64,000 nucleotides of DNA. It comes from a plasmid. Below are positions 1 through 10,084 of this stretch, piece after piece. The notes beneath the pieces were generated by a model. That model did not search any database. It had not been told where the DNA came from and saw nothing but the letters and a program-made list of their open reading frames with translations. Every line of letters starts with the position of its first letter. The first letter of the stretch is position 1. The stretch lies in the sequence record NZ_CP119397.1; one strand, written 5' to 3'. The translations under genes and the position numbers were made by a program.

Positions 1-227
1 TCCGCGCGCTGACCGGGATGACCCCGCTGAACTTCCAGAAACAGCTCCGCCTGATGGAGGCGCGGCGGCTGATGATGGCCGGCAATATCTCCGCCGAATC
101 TGCCGCTTTTTCAGTGGGCTACGCCAGCGCGTCACAATTCAGCCGCGAGTATGCCCGCCTGTTTGGCGCGCCGCCCCGGCGTGACATCGCCCGCCTCTTA
201 TCAGCCAACGGGCATGAAACCCGCTGA
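1..227 (+). CDS. AraC-family transcriptional regulator, C-terminal HTH fragment (5' end outside window)
   Basis: ORF frame continues to the window edge. The C-terminal sequence ...[18 protein letters not shown] is a typical second HTH helix of AraC/XylS regulators. Confidence 0.7.
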   Translation, partial: RALTGMTPLNFQKQLRLMEARRLMMAGNISAESAAFSVGYASASQFSREYARLFGAPPRRDIARLLSANGHETR

Positions 228-257
228 AAAAATGATTATAGTGATCGCCTGCATCCG

Positions 258-308
258 AGCCGGGGACGACCCCGGTTTCCTGTCTTTCACGTCCGGGACG
301 GCCCGGCG
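258..308 (+). promoter_or_regulatory. Guanidine-II (mini-ykkC) riboswitch candidate in the 5' leader of gdx/sugE
   Basis: Two GC-rich hairpins each capped by an ACGR tetraloop. These are CCGGGG-ACGA-CCCCGG (260-275) and CCGGG-ACGG-CCCGG (293-306), joined by a 17-nt linker, about 20 nt upstream of the SMR exporter start. Confidence 0.75.
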
Positions 309-326
309 CTTACAGAGGGCGCCGTT

Positions 327-641
327 ATGGCCTGGATTCTGTTAATCATTGCGGGATTGTTTGAAGTCGTCTGGTCGTTTGCCATGAAGCAGTCACACGG
401 CTTTACCCGGCTTGGCCCGTCCGTGGTGACGCTGGTGGCAATGCTGATAAGCTTCGCCTTGCTGGCCATTGCCATGAGATCGCTGCCGCTCGGCACCGCG
501 TACACCCTGTGGACGGGGATTGGTGCGGTGGGCGCGTTTGTGGCGGGCCTGCTGTTTCTGGGGGAACCGGCCAGCCCGATGCGCATTGCGGCAGCGGTGC
601 TGATTATCGCCGGTCTGGTGATGATGAAACTCTCAAGCTAG
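327..641 (+). CDS. gdx: SMR-family guanidinium exporter (SugE/Gdx)
   Basis: 104 aa with 4 TM helices. N-terminus MAWILLIIAGLFEVVWSFAMKQS is characteristic of SugE/Gdx. Confidence 0.85.
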   Translation: MAWILLIIAGLFEVVWSFAMKQSHGFTRLGPSVVTLVAMLISFALLAIAMRSLPLGTAYTLWTGIGAVGAFVAGLLFLGEPASPMRIAAAVLIIAGLVMMKLSS

Positions 642-1240
642 GCGTGCAGTTCCGTCACGCTCAGCGTGAACACCAGCGGCTCATCGCCGTGGTTGGCGTA
701 CTGGTGCGGCAGGTCAGTTTTGGCCACTGCGGCGTTGCCGGCCGCGATGGTCAGCGGCGTGTCGCCTACCTGGAACGCCAGCACGCCTTGCTCAACGTGG
801 AACAGCTCTACCGTGCCGGGCGGGTGGCCGGGCGAGGAGAAAACCTCGCCGGGGAACAGCTCCCAGCGCCATAGCTCGATCATGTCCGGCCCCTGGGTGC
901 CCGCCAGCAACCGCGCCGAGCCGCCCGCCGGGCCGCGCCACAGCACCGGCATCTCCTCTTGGGTGATCAGGTGCGCGACGGGGGTATCCGCCACGTTGAC
1001 GATGTCCGCCACCGACAGCCCCAGGGCCGCGGCGATCTTACACAGAATGGCGATGCTGGGGTTGGCGGTGCCTTTTTCGATCTCCACCAGCATGCCTTTA
1101 CTGACGCCGGCGCGGCGCGACAGCTCATCCAGCGAGAGTTTCCGGCCGGTGCGGCAGGTTTTTATCCGGCGGGAAACCGCCTCGCTGACCTGCTGGACAT
1201 CAGCGCCCGGCCCGGTCGGTTTATTGACTTTTTTGGTCAT
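638..1240 (-). CDS. XRE-family HTH transcriptional regulator with C-terminal cupin domain
   Basis: N-terminal HTH_3-like segment (LSLDELSRRAGVSKGMLVEIEKG) and a C-terminal cupin-like beta region. 200 aa. Confidence 0.7.
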   Translation of the reverse strand: MTKKVNKPTGPGADVQQVSEAVSRRIKTCRTGRKLSLDELSRRAGVSKGMLVEIEKGTANPSIAILCKIAAALGLSVADIVNVADTPVAHLITQEEMPVLWRGPAGGSARLLAGTQGPDMIELWRWELFPGEVFSSPGHPPGTVELFHVEQGVLAFQVGDTPLTIAAGNAAVAKTDLPHQYANHGDEPLVFTLSVTELHA

Positions 1241-1283
1241 CGGTCATTATCATGTAATAAATTAGTCACTACAGGATTATCCG

Positions 1284-1991
1284 ATGTTTACCGTTCAGCC
1301 GTCAATCGATCCCGCACTCGCTGCCATTGCGCCCGGCTTCCGCGCCCTGAGCATTACGGTGGAGGCCGCGCCGCTGCGGCATCCGGAGGTGGCAGACGCC
1401 GCCCTGGCCGATGCGTGCCGCGCTGTCACCGCCGGGGAAGCCCCCTGGTCAGAGGCCCACCTCGCCGCCTGGGCGGAGGTGTTTAAACGCTTTGGTGCCA
1501 AACCGAAACGCACGCCCTGTTCTGCCGAGGCACTGCGCAAGCGCGTCGCGCGCGACGGCAACGTGCCGGGCATCGACCCGGTGGTGGATCTCTATAACGC
1601 GGTGAGCATCCGTTTTGCCATCCCGGTCGGCGGTGAGAATATTGCGGCTTACCACGGCGCACCGCGCCTGACGCTGGCTGACGGCACGGAGCTGTTTGAT
1701 ACCGTGAAAGAGGGCGAACCGGCGCACGAGTCCCCGGAGCCGGGGGAAGTTATCTGGCGGGATGACACCGGCGTGACCTGCCGCCGCTGGAACTGGCGGC
1801 AGGGCGTGCGGACCCGCCTGGACGCCAACGCAACGCAGATGTGGTTTATCCTGGAAAGCCTGCCGGAGATGCCGCTGGAGGCGCTGAACGCCGCCGGTGA
1901 GATGCTGGTCACCGGGCTGCAACAGATGATGCCCGGCGCGGTTATCGGGAAACAGCTGATTGGGTTCACGCAGCCGGATGCCGGCCACTAA
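1284..1991 (+). CDS. B3/4 (tRNA-binding-like) domain protein
   Basis: 235-aa ORF divergent from the XRE-cupin regulator. The composition and size are typical of B3/4 domain proteins commonly paired with such regulators. Family assignment is from memory only. Confidence 0.45.
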   Translation: MFTVQPSIDPALAAIAPGFRALSITVEAAPLRHPEVADAALADACRAVTAGEAPWSEAHLAAWAEVFKRFGAKPKRTPCSAEALRKRVARDGNVPGIDPVVDLYNAVSIRFAIPVGGENIAAYHGAPRLTLADGTELFDTVKEGEPAHESPEPGEVIWRDDTGVTCRRWNWRQGVRTRLDANATQMWFILESLPEMPLEALNAAGEMLVTGLQQMMPGAVIGKQLIGFTQPDAGH

Positions 1992-2143
1992 AAAGTGACA
2001 GCGTCACGCTTGGGGCGTCATAAGCCCGGCAGGCGCAATACGTCCGGCAAGCTCAATAAGATAAGCGCCGGCCGCCGGATGCTGCTTTACTGTATGGGCA
2101 TTGTTATTGATTTTGGTCATATTGTTAACCAGAGGAGAACCCC

Positions 2144-2449
2144 ATGACAGTCCCCGTCGTTGCCATTTTTGAAGTGAACGTAGGTGCAGAAGAGACGGTA
2201 GAAGCGCTGTTCCGTGGCGTGATTGAGACCACGCTGACGGAAGAAGGGTGCATCAGCTATCAGTTAAACCGTGACGCAGAAAACCCGCGCCGTTTTGTGT
2301 GGACGGAAGAGTGGGCCAGCCGCGAGCTGCTGCAAAAACACATTGAAGCACCGCACATTGCTGCCCTGTTCGAGGCACTGCCGCAATACCTGACCAGTTC
2401 TGAAGTGATCGCGCTGACCCCGATTGCGGGCGGCAAAGCGCAGGGCTGA
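2144..2449 (+). CDS. Antibiotic-biosynthesis-monooxygenase (ABM) family / quinol monooxygenase-like protein
   Basis: 101 aa with an ABM-like sequence pattern (AIFEVNVGAEETVEALFRGVIETTLTEEGCISYQL...). Confidence 0.65.
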   Translation: MTVPVVAIFEVNVGAEETVEALFRGVIETTLTEEGCISYQLNRDAENPRRFVWTEEWASRELLQKHIEAPHIAALFEALPQYLTSSEVIALTPIAGGKAQG

Positions 2450-2473
2450 CAGGTCAAGCCAGCCTGTTGTGCT

Positions 2474-2501
2474 CATGAAGCCCGGTTCGCCGGGCTTCAT
2501 G
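2474..2501. terminator. Stem-loop between convergent genes (12-bp perfect stem, TTCG loop)
   Basis: catgaagcccgg-ttcg-ccgggcttcatg lies between the ABM gene (+) and the 2512..2811 gene (-). Confidence 0.5.
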
Positions 2502-2511
2502 TTGCTGCCGG

Positions 2512-2811
2512 TTACCGTTTGCCGCGCTCCACCGAGGCTGACCAGTTAAAATCACTGACTTCACTTGCCGTCAGCGCTGAGGGTTTCTTTTTCCGTACCG
2601 GCTTTTTGGCCGCTTTCGCTTTCTCTTTCGCCAGTTTCTCAGCCATCACCGTTTCCCTGGCCTCGGCAATCAGCTCTTTCTCTTTCTTGCTGTCCGGCGC
2701 TTTGCCGGTGCGTAACTGATATTTTTGTACCCGTTCCCTGACCATCTCATCCACGGCCAGCCGCTCGTCAGCCGTAAACTGATCGATTGAAATCATCTTT
2801 TTATCTTTCAT
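2512..2811 (-). CDS. Lysine-rich hypothetical protein
   Basis: 99-aa ORF with a strongly charged KEK-rich C-terminal half. No confident family assignment. Confidence 0.4.
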   Translation of the reverse strand: MKDKKMISIDQFTADERLAVDEMVRERVQKYQLRTGKAPDSKKEKELIAEARETVMAEKLAKEKAKAAKKPVRKKKPSALTASEVSDFNWSASVERGKR

Positions 2812-3051
2812 CGCGTTCGCCTAAGAGTGAATTGTCCTGCCCAGCTTAGTGGATAGCCGCCCCACTGAGAACCAGAATCAGACTGATGAGCCGCTTTCAT
2901 AGCGGCTATGCGCGCGCAAGGGATTATCTCCCGGCCGGTTCCCCTTAGGATACCCCTCTTTCTAACGCCGATTTTCGTTTTCTTTTTTATGAACAGCATC
3001 CGTGCTGTTGCCTCTGTTCACCTTCCATGGGTTAAGAAAAAGGGATCCCTC

Positions 3052-3264
3052 ATGAGCCGTCAACCAAACCCGCTTTCCCCTGATACCTCCCCACCGATGC
3101 CGGGACGCCGCAAACAGCTGATGGCCGGGTGGCGTACCAGCGACGACATCCTTGCCCGTCTCGCCCCAACTGCCCGCCGGGAAAAACCGCTGGTCATTGA
3201 ATGCGACCAGGAGCGGAGAACCACAGAAACGGTCACCAGTTGGTTAGAGACGATACGCGGCTGA
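3052..3264 (+). CDS. Small hypothetical protein (about 70 aa)
   Basis: ATG at 3052 preceded by AAGGGA. Shares a frame with the longer ORF 2908..3264. No recognisable domain. Confidence 0.3.
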   Translation: MSRQPNPLSPDTSPPMPGRRKQLMAGWRTSDDILARLAPTARREKPLVIECDQERRTTETVTSWLETIRG

Positions 3265-3286
3265 TTTTTTATAAGAGGAAATTACA

Positions 3287-4351
3287 TTGAAGACACTTTT
3301 AAAAACGCTGGCCATCTGCGCGATGGCGGGTGGCCTGGTGGCTCAGTCGGTATATGCCGCGCCATTGGTTATTCAGGAACAGGGAAGCTTTTCTGCTGGT
3401 GGCACCATCATCACTGCACCGGGGACGTTTGACGCGAAAAAGCCGCTGGACTCTGCCGGTCAAACTTATCATGGCGATCATGCGTCTGTGTTCTACCAAA
3501 TCCCGGAGAATCCGCATAAATACCCTATTGTCATGTTGCATGGTGCAGGTCAGTTCTCCCGTACCTGGGAAAGCACCCCGGATGGCCGCGAAGGGTTCCA
3601 GAACATCTTCCTGCGTCGTGGCTTCTCAACTTATCTTGTCGATCAGCCGCGCCGGGGCAGCGCCGGGCGCACGGCTGTAGAAGGGACTGTTACGCCAAAA
3701 CCGGATGAGCAGATGTGGTTTAACCAGTTCCGCGTTGGCGTGTGGCCTGAGTATTTTAAAGGCGTCCAGTTCTCTCACGACAAAGAAGCCCTGAACCAGT
3801 ACTTCCGTCAGATGACCCCGAATACCGGGCCGTTTGATATCAAGGTTATCTCCGGTGCGATGTCCGCCGTCGTGGACAAATCCGGCCCGGCTATCCTCTT
3901 CACCCACTCTCAGGGGGGCGGGCCAGGCTGGTACACGGCGATGAAAAACGACAAGGTCAAAGCCATTGTCGCCTTCGAGCCTGGCAGCAGCTTTGTCTTC
4001 CCGGAAAAAGAACTCCCAGCCCCTATGCCAAGTGCGTTCGACACGCTGAAAGGTGAGCCTGTGCCGATGGAACAGTTTATGGCGCTGACTAACATCCCGA
4101 TTCTGATTATTTACGGCGATAACATCCCGGATAAGCCTGTTGCCATGCCCGCACAGGACAGCTGGCGGCTACGGCTGGCGATGGCTCGTGAGTGGCGTGA
4201 CGTGGTGAACAAGCATGGCGGGGATGTGACGGTTACGCACCTGCCCGGGATAGGAATCAAAGGGAATACCCACTTCCCGTTCTCTGACCTGAATAATGTG
4301 CAGATTGCTGATTTGGTGAGTCAGTTTTTGAAGGAAAAGGATCTGCAATAG
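3287..4351 (+). CDS. Secreted alpha/beta-hydrolase fold protein (esterase/lipase-like)
   Basis: N-terminal signal peptide (MKTLLKTLAICAMAGGLVAQSVYA). Typical alpha/beta-hydrolase core segments (VMLHGAGQFSRTWE ... FTHSQGGGPGWY). Confidence 0.7.
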   Translation: MKTLLKTLAICAMAGGLVAQSVYAAPLVIQEQGSFSAGGTIITAPGTFDAKKPLDSAGQTYHGDHASVFYQIPENPHKYPIVMLHGAGQFSRTWESTPDGREGFQNIFLRRGFSTYLVDQPRRGSAGRTAVEGTVTPKPDEQMWFNQFRVGVWPEYFKGVQFSHDKEALNQYFRQMTPNTGPFDIKVISGAMSAVVDKSGPAILFTHSQGGGPGWYTAMKNDKVKAIVAFEPGSSFVFPEKELPAPMPSAFDTLKGEPVPMEQFMALTNIPILIIYGDNIPDKPVAMPAQDSWRLRLAMAREWRDVVNKHGGDVTVTHLPGIGIKGNTHFPFSDLNNVQIADLVSQFLKEKDLQ

Positions 4352-4600
4352 AAAACGGTAGTAGTGAGCCTTCATGAGTAAAGGCTCACTATAAGCATCG
4401 GCTTTATCAAAAAATAAAATGGGAACGTGATGGTCTGCTTTGAGCGGGAAGCAGACGTTCAGACGGCACATTTAAATCGAGATGTTTTCAACAAAAGGCG
4501 TAAGTCAGCTTAGGGCAGCTATATGGAAAAAGCTTCGCCTTTAAAAAATTTCGCCAGCTTTTCTTTTCACGTGGTTCAATGTACTGGATTGCTTAGTCAA

Positions 4601-5509
4601 TCATACTGCTCCCTTACTGGGTATACCCAAATGGGCAATAGCCCATTGCAGGTGTTCCAGAAATGCCTTCACTTTGACCTGTAGATATTTTCTGCCGGAA
4701 TAGAGCGCGTATAGCACCAGATCTTCAGGTTCGAGATTACAGTTAATTTTAACAAGGGAGCCGTTGTTGATTTCTGATTCACAGGCATGAAGAGGCAAAA
4801 TGGCGAAACCAAGTCCTTTTAGCGCCGCGGCCTTGGCCATCTGTCCACTGTTCACCTTGTAACTGGACTGCACCTGGACGGTTTGGTTCTGTTTGAATCG
4901 CCAAGGCATTCCCTGGAGCACCGACATACTCGTAATGCAGGGGATTTTGGTAAGTTCATCAACCGATTGTGGTGATGGATGACGTTCCAGAAGTTCGGGT
5001 GCGGCTACCACACAGCTCGGCCAGCGCAGAATTTCTCTGGCGACCCAGCAAGAATCTTCCAGTGGTCCACGTCCAAAGCGCAATACCAGATCGAATCCAT
5101 CCAGTAGTCCCTCTGTTGGATCCAATTGTGTGTCACAACTGAGCTGTATTTGTGGATGCCGAATGCAGAAGTCAGCGAGAATGTCTGCCATGAATGGAAG
5201 GTCTGGTGTAATGATCTTCAGGTGGCCTGATAGTGAATCACCAAATAGTGATACTTCTTCCAGAGCATGATCCAAAGCGTGTGTGAGCGGCGTGATGGAT
5301 TGATACAGCAGCTTCCCGGCTGCGGTTGGCATTATCTTACGCGTCGTGCGCTCCAGCAGCCGCACATGAAGTTGTTGTTCAAGTAAAGCGATATGTCGAC
5401 TGACATTGGATGGTGGCAACTGAAGCTGGTCTGCCGCGAGCTTAAAACTCAACTTTTCATAAACGGCCTGAAAGCAGATCAGCCACTGCATTTCTAATTT
5501 CTCAATCAT
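4601..5509 (-). CDS. LysR-family transcriptional regulator
   Basis: N-terminal LysR HTH (LICFQAVYEKLSFKLAADQLQLPPSNVSRHIALLEQQL) plus a substrate-binding domain. Lower GC than neighbours. Confidence 0.85.
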   Translation of the reverse strand: MIEKLEMQWLICFQAVYEKLSFKLAADQLQLPPSNVSRHIALLEQQLHVRLLERTTRKIMPTAAGKLLYQSITPLTHALDHALEEVSLFGDSLSGHLKIITPDLPFMADILADFCIRHPQIQLSCDTQLDPTEGLLDGFDLVLRFGRGPLEDSCWVAREILRWPSCVVAAPELLERHPSPQSVDELTKIPCITSMSVLQGMPWRFKQNQTVQVQSSYKVNSGQMAKAAALKGLGFAILPLHACESEINNGSLVKINCNLEPEDLVLYALYSGRKYLQVKVKAFLEHLQWAIAHLGIPSKGAV

Positions 5510-5609
5510 TAATTATCCCAAAAAATGAGATTAACAAAACTATAATTCCATATTTATCACTAATCAGGTGGTCATTACAATTTCTATCAGGTTTTGTAAT
5601 AGGGAGGAA

Positions 5610-6725
5610 ATGATGACCAGAACTAAAAAAATTGCCATTGTAGGTGCTGGGGTTGCTGGAATGGCACTGGCTATCCTCGCAACCAAACAGGGCCATCAAG
5701 TCAGTCTGTTTGAACGTGGCAGCAACGTGTCTTTTATGGGAGCTGGTGTGACATTATGGCCCAATGCCATGTTCGTCATGCAGAAGATGGGACTGGACAA
5801 AAAGGTCATGCAAGTGGGTGGTACGCCATGCATGATGCGCCAGTTTGATCAGAATGGTCTCCTTCAGACGAAGTTCGATATTTTAGCAGTAAATTCACTT
5901 TGCAATTTTCCCAGTGTGACAGTTTTACGGCGTGAGCTGATGAGCTTACTGGCCGGTGCGTTAGATAATTTAGGTAGGGAGATTACGTTCAATTGTTCAA
6001 TCACCGCAGCAGACGTGATGAAGTTGAGCCAAGAGTTTGATCTGGTAGTTGGAGCCGACGGGCGTATGAATTCAATCGTCCGCCAGACATTGTATGCGGA
6101 AAAAGCCACTCCTCGTTATCATGGCTTTGTGAATGTAATAGGTGTGGGAAGACAACAAAAGGGTAACTTTAACAACGCTATAGATGACTTTCGCGGTCAA
6201 GGTGAGCGTTTTGGAATCGTCCCAGTGAATGATGGGTGGTGCTATTGGGCAGGAGCGTGGAGCGCTCCTATTGACAATGAACGTCCCCGGGCGCATTGGT
6301 GCGAAGAGTTGCATCAGCGTTTTCGGGGCTGGCCTGCTCCTGTGCAGAATGTACTGCTGTCATGTGATAGCACATCAGTTAATTGCATTTTTGTTCATGA
6401 CATTGATCCTCTTCCCTTTTGGCATCAAGGCAACGTCTTAATGATCGGAGACGCGGCTCATGCTTCCTTGCCGACATCTGGGCAGGGAGCATGTCAGGCG
6501 CTGGAAGATGCATGGCATCTTACTCGCTTACTGAAGGGGACTGATGATCTGGAGACTGCTCTGCAAGGCTTTTACCAACAGAGACATATCAAGACCTCAG
6601 CAGCACAGTTAGTTGGAAGACGATTCGCTGAGAAGATTTTTTCTGAACAACCTGAACCACTGCTGCCTGCATCCACTATTTCCACTGCAGAACTCAGCCG
6701 GTTTTGGATGCAAGGGTTGACGTAG
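5610..6725 (+). CDS. FAD-dependent aromatic-ring monooxygenase (salicylate hydroxylase-like)
   Basis: GxGxxG Rossmann motif (IAIVGAGVAGMALAI) and the GDAAH motif (LMIGDAAHASLPTSGQGACQALEDA). GGAGG RBS before ATG 5610. Divergent from the LysR gene. Confidence 0.8.
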   Translation: MMTRTKKIAIVGAGVAGMALAILATKQGHQVSLFERGSNVSFMGAGVTLWPNAMFVMQKMGLDKKVMQVGGTPCMMRQFDQNGLLQTKFDILAVNSLCNFPSVTVLRRELMSLLAGALDNLGREITFNCSITAADVMKLSQEFDLVVGADGRMNSIVRQTLYAEKATPRYHGFVNVIGVGRQQKGNFNNAIDDFRGQGERFGIVPVNDGWCYWAGAWSAPIDNERPRAHWCEELHQRFRGWPAPVQNVLLSCDSTSVNCIFVHDIDPLPFWHQGNVLMIGDAAHASLPTSGQGACQALEDAWHLTRLLKGTDDLETALQGFYQQRHIKTSAAQLVGRRFAEKIFSEQPEPLLPASTISTAELSRFWMQGLT

Positions 6726-6891
6726 TTAGCCTTTTGAAATTAAGTCGTAGGGATTCGGTATGCCTGTATGTCAGCAAAATACTCATTGGTGCAATGTTTT
6801 GATAAGCACTGGCCTGCTCTCCGATAATTAATGCAGCGCAGAGCTAGCAACGTCCCCTTGTGGCACTTAGCGGACTGATACTCAGTCTGAT

Positions 6892-6915
6892 GTCCGCTTT
6901 GAGCGAAAAGCGGAC
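6892..6915. repeat. 24-nt perfect palindromic repeat element, copy 1 (GTCCGCTTTGAGCGAAAAGCGGAC)
   Basis: Identical 24-mer recurs at 10085-10108. A related variant is at 12421-12444. All lie at boundaries of low-GC islands. Confidence 0.7.
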
Positions 6916-6931
6916 ACGGTCGTTCATCCTG

Positions 6932-7225
6932 TTAAAGGTTGGCCCCTTCAACCAACACAAAGGTGCCGGTCGCCGCGCCTGCCCGGATTAATCTGGCTGC
7001 CTGATAGTCAGGACTCTCATAAAAACGTTTGGCCTCGGCAAAAGAAGCAAATTCAAAAATGACATGTCGTTCATGAGATTCTCCCTCAAGGTTTTCATAC
7101 TGACCGGACCAGGCAATGATTTTTGGATTAAAAGCCTGCATGGCTTCCCCGGCGGCCCGGGCATAGTCAGCATAGGCAACAGGATCTGAGACCGTCACAT
7201 GAGCGATTAAATAACCTTTATTCAT
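6932..7225 (-). CDS. DUF1330-domain protein
   Basis: 97 aa. Sequence pattern (MNKGYLIAHVTVSDPVAYADYARAAGEAMQAF...) matches the DUF1330 family. Confidence 0.6.
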   Translation of the reverse strand: MNKGYLIAHVTVSDPVAYADYARAAGEAMQAFNPKIIAWSGQYENLEGESHERHVIFEFASFAEAKRFYESPDYQAARLIRAGAATGTFVLVEGANL

Positions 7226-7300
7226 CTCTTTTTATCCTTCATCAAGGGGAGTGTAGACCCGCATAAACACATAAACAGGCGCGCGCTTACGCCGGAGAGT

Positions 7301-8371
7301 TTAAAGACGTTGGGTTGCATGCTGTGCCGTTGAGGGAAAAGGTCGCGGATAGCGTTCCGCATCCTGATGTTCGATCATCCATCCCGGATAGTGCGGTGAC
7401 AGTGCGCTTATCGCATCAAGATGTGCCAGCTCTTCCGTGGTCAGGACAACGTCTGTCGCCCCGAGATTCTCCGTAAGCTGGTCGCTCCGCTTCACGCCAA
7501 TAATGACGCTGGTCACACCGGGCCTGGCGAGTAGCCATGCGAGGGCGATCCTGCTTACCGATACCGCGTGTTTGCCGGCAATGTCGCGCATTTCGGCGAC
7601 GCATCGCCAGGCCAGATCGCGATCGACGGGCGGGAAATCGAATTGACTACGGCGGGCATCACTTTCCGCTGAGGCACCGGGGCCAAATTTCCCGGAAAGT
7701 AAGCCGCCCGCGAGAGGCGACCAGACAAGGAGCCCCATCTTCTCTTCGCGCACCAGCGGGACTAACTCCCTTTCTACGTCGCGCCCGGCAATGGAGTAAT
7801 ACGCCTGAAGCGTCTCGAACCGTGTAACGTGAAGCGCTTCACTCAGACCAAGCGATTTTCCCAGCTTGCCGGCGGCCCAGTTCGATACGCCAACATACCG
7901 GACCAGTCCCTGCCGGGTGAGATCGTCAAGCGCGCGCAGTGTTTCCTCAAGGGGCGTCACCGGATCGCTCGCGTGTATCTGAAACAGATCAATATAATCG
8001 ACCTGCAATCGCTCCAGGCTCCGCTGCACTGAATCCATAATATGCCCGCGTGACGCCCCCTTATCGTTAGGGCCGGGGCCCATCACCCCGCCGGTTTTGG
8101 TGGCGAGGATGATGTCGCTGCGTGTCACGCCAAGCGTTTTGAGTGCTGCCCCCGTGATGCGCTCAGACTGGCCGAAAGAGTAAATATCAGCCGTATCAAT
8201 AAAGTTGATGCCGCCCGACAATGCCTGCGCGATGAGCTGGTTCGCTGCGTCCTGGGCTACCGCGCCGATGGCGGACCACCTGCCCGCATCTGCGTTGCCG
8301 CCCAGGGTCATGGTGCCGAGACACAATTCAGAGACGAACAGGCCTGTTCGGCCAAGTTGATTATATTTCAA
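7301..8371 (-). CDS. Aldo/keto reductase (Tas/YghZ-like)
   Basis: N-terminal MKYNQLGRTGLFVSELCLGTMTLGG signature of AKR family proteins. 356 aa. Confidence 0.85.
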   Translation of the reverse strand: MKYNQLGRTGLFVSELCLGTMTLGGNADAGRWSAIGAVAQDAANQLIAQALSGGINFIDTADIYSFGQSERITGAALKTLGVTRSDIILATKTGGVMGPGPNDKGASRGHIMDSVQRSLERLQVDYIDLFQIHASDPVTPLEETLRALDDLTRQGLVRYVGVSNWAAGKLGKSLGLSEALHVTRFETLQAYYSIAGRDVERELVPLVREEKMGLLVWSPLAGGLLSGKFGPGASAESDARRSQFDFPPVDRDLAWRCVAEMRDIAGKHAVSVSRIALAWLLARPGVTSVIIGVKRSDQLTENLGATDVVLTTEELAHLDAISALSPHYPGWMIEHQDAERYPRPFPSTAQHATQRL

Positions 8372-8398
8372 TGGATTAGACCTGTTTTATTTCATGGG

Positions 8399-8980
8399 TT
8401 ATGCGTTGACGGGGTGAAACCGCGCGGCGATATTTGCGACACGGGCCCCATAACGGCGCGCCGTTTCGAGGTCACCGGAAGACATCTCTTCGGGCGAGGC
8501 GTCAGCGGGGGTTTGTGCCATTGGGCCGATATTGGAGCCCATCCGGTTAAGGTCATCACGCAATGACGCTTTGGTATTCGAGGATTTGATGTCCATGTTG
8601 ACCCAGATACCGCCGTGCTGACCGGCGAGCAGAAAGAAATAGGCCAGGGTATTCAGCTTGTCGCCATTGATGCTGGCGCTATTGGTAAAGCCGCCGAAAA
8701 TTTTGTTCACCCACTTCCCCTCAAACCAGGGTTTTGACGAGGCATCGGCAAACTTTTTGAACTGCCAGCTGGGCCCGCCCATATAGGTGGGTGACCCGAA
8801 CAGAATGACATCTGCCTCGCTGAGTTTTGCCCACCCCTCCTCAGCAATATTTCCTTCGGCGTTGATAGCGATCAGCGTGGCACCGGCGCCTTCAGCCACG
8901 GCGGCAGCCATCCGTTCCGTATGCCCGTAGCCAGAGTGATAGATAACCACGGCGTTAATGATTTTCAGGGAATGAGACAT
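8399..8980 (-). CDS. Flavodoxin-like NAD(P)H:quinone oxidoreductase (WrbA-type)
   Basis: N-terminal IINAVVIYHSGYGHTERMAAAVAEGA is a flavodoxin-like FMN-binding motif as in WrbA. Confidence 0.7.
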   Translation of the reverse strand: MSHSLKIINAVVIYHSGYGHTERMAAAVAEGAGATLIAINAEGNIAEEGWAKLSEADVILFGSPTYMGGPSWQFKKFADASSKPWFEGKWVNKIFGGFTNSASINGDKLNTLAYFFLLAGQHGGIWVNMDIKSSNTKASLRDDLNRMGSNIGPMAQTPADASPEEMSSGDLETARRYGARVANIAARFHPVNA

Positions 8981-9096
8981 GTTGATAGCCTTCAGTGAAC
9001 GTTATGCGGGATACGCGGTGTAAAAGCAGTCTATTAAGTACTACTATCCGCATAAACCACCCAAAAAATGACACACTGTTACCCTGAGAATGAACA

Positions 9097-10002
9097 ATGA
9101 AGAATCTCGATGCACTGCTCATTTTTGCGCGCGTGGCAGAAATGAAGAGCTTTACTCAGGCGGCCGACAGTCTGGGCATCCAGAAAGGACGAGCCTCAAT
9201 GGTGGTCCGCGAGCTTGAACATGATGTCGGCGCAACCCTTCTGCACCGGACAACACGCACCGTGCAGCTGACAGAAGATGGGCGGGCTTTTTACTCGCGC
9301 GCGCGTGATCTGTTGTCGGAAGCAGAAGAACTCCGGTCAATGTTCAGTGATGACGGTATGCCCTTGAGGGGGCGGCTGCGTGTGGATATGCCTGCTGTGT
9401 TGGCGCAGAGCGTGGTGATTCCGGCTCTGCCGGCGTTACTCGACGCGCACCCTGAACTGGAGCTGGAGCTTTCAAGTACTGACCGCCGTGTTGATTTGGT
9501 GCTGGAAGGGTTTGACTGCGTGGTGCGTCTGGGCCCCATTGTGGATGAAACGCTTATTGCCAGGCCTTTGGGGCATCTGCGCATGATCAATGCGGCAAGC
9601 CCGGCCTATTTTGAACGCTTTGGTGTACCGGCGTCGCTCGATGATCTTCTCACTCAGGGACACCGGATGATTCACTACATGCGAAATTTTGGCTCGAAGC
9701 CTGATGGATGGGAGTATCCGGCAGCCGGGGGCTATCAGTCGCTGATGTTACCGGGCGCAATAAGGGTCAATAGCGTGCCGGCTTATCATGATGCGGGGCT
9801 GGCGGGTTTGGGCTTAATTCAGGGCGGGTATTCCTCGCTCTTGCCACATATTAAACGCGGCGCCCTGGTTGAGGTGCTTCCCGATCTCCGCCCACAGCCG
9901 CTCACTGCCTCATTTGTCGTCGCGCACCGGCGCAATTTATCCAGGCGTGTAAGGGCTTTTATGAACTGGACAGAAGAAATTTTAAGGCCTTACTTTGACT
10001 GA
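9097..10002 (+). CDS. LysR-family transcriptional regulator
   Basis: LysR HTH at the N-terminus, 301 aa. Divergent from the WrbA-like gene. Confidence 0.85.
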   Translation: MKNLDALLIFARVAEMKSFTQAADSLGIQKGRASMVVRELEHDVGATLLHRTTRTVQLTEDGRAFYSRARDLLSEAEELRSMFSDDGMPLRGRLRVDMPAVLAQSVVIPALPALLDAHPELELELSSTDRRVDLVLEGFDCVVRLGPIVDETLIARPLGHLRMINAASPAYFERFGVPASLDDLLTQGHRMIHYMRNFGSKPDGWEYPAAGGYQSLMLPGAIRVNSVPAYHDAGLAGLGLIQGGYSSLLPHIKRGALVEVLPDLRPQPLTASFVVAHRRNLSRRVRAFMNWTEEILRPYFD

Positions 10003-10084
10003 CTTCAGCGGTAATTTTACGGCAGACAAAGTGAAGCGGGCGACGTTCGCTCCTGGCACAGAGCAGCCTGACGAATGCCAAAAT

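Noticed and set aside
509-1486. Long antisense or overlapping ORFs (509..874 +, 666..1265 +, 959..1486 +, 1295..1573 -, 1449..1988 -) in the gdx / XRE-cupin / B3-4 region
   Set aside because: They lie in high-GC DNA, where long stop-free frames arise by chance. Each is fully overlapped by a better-supported gene on another frame or strand, and none has recognisable motifs.
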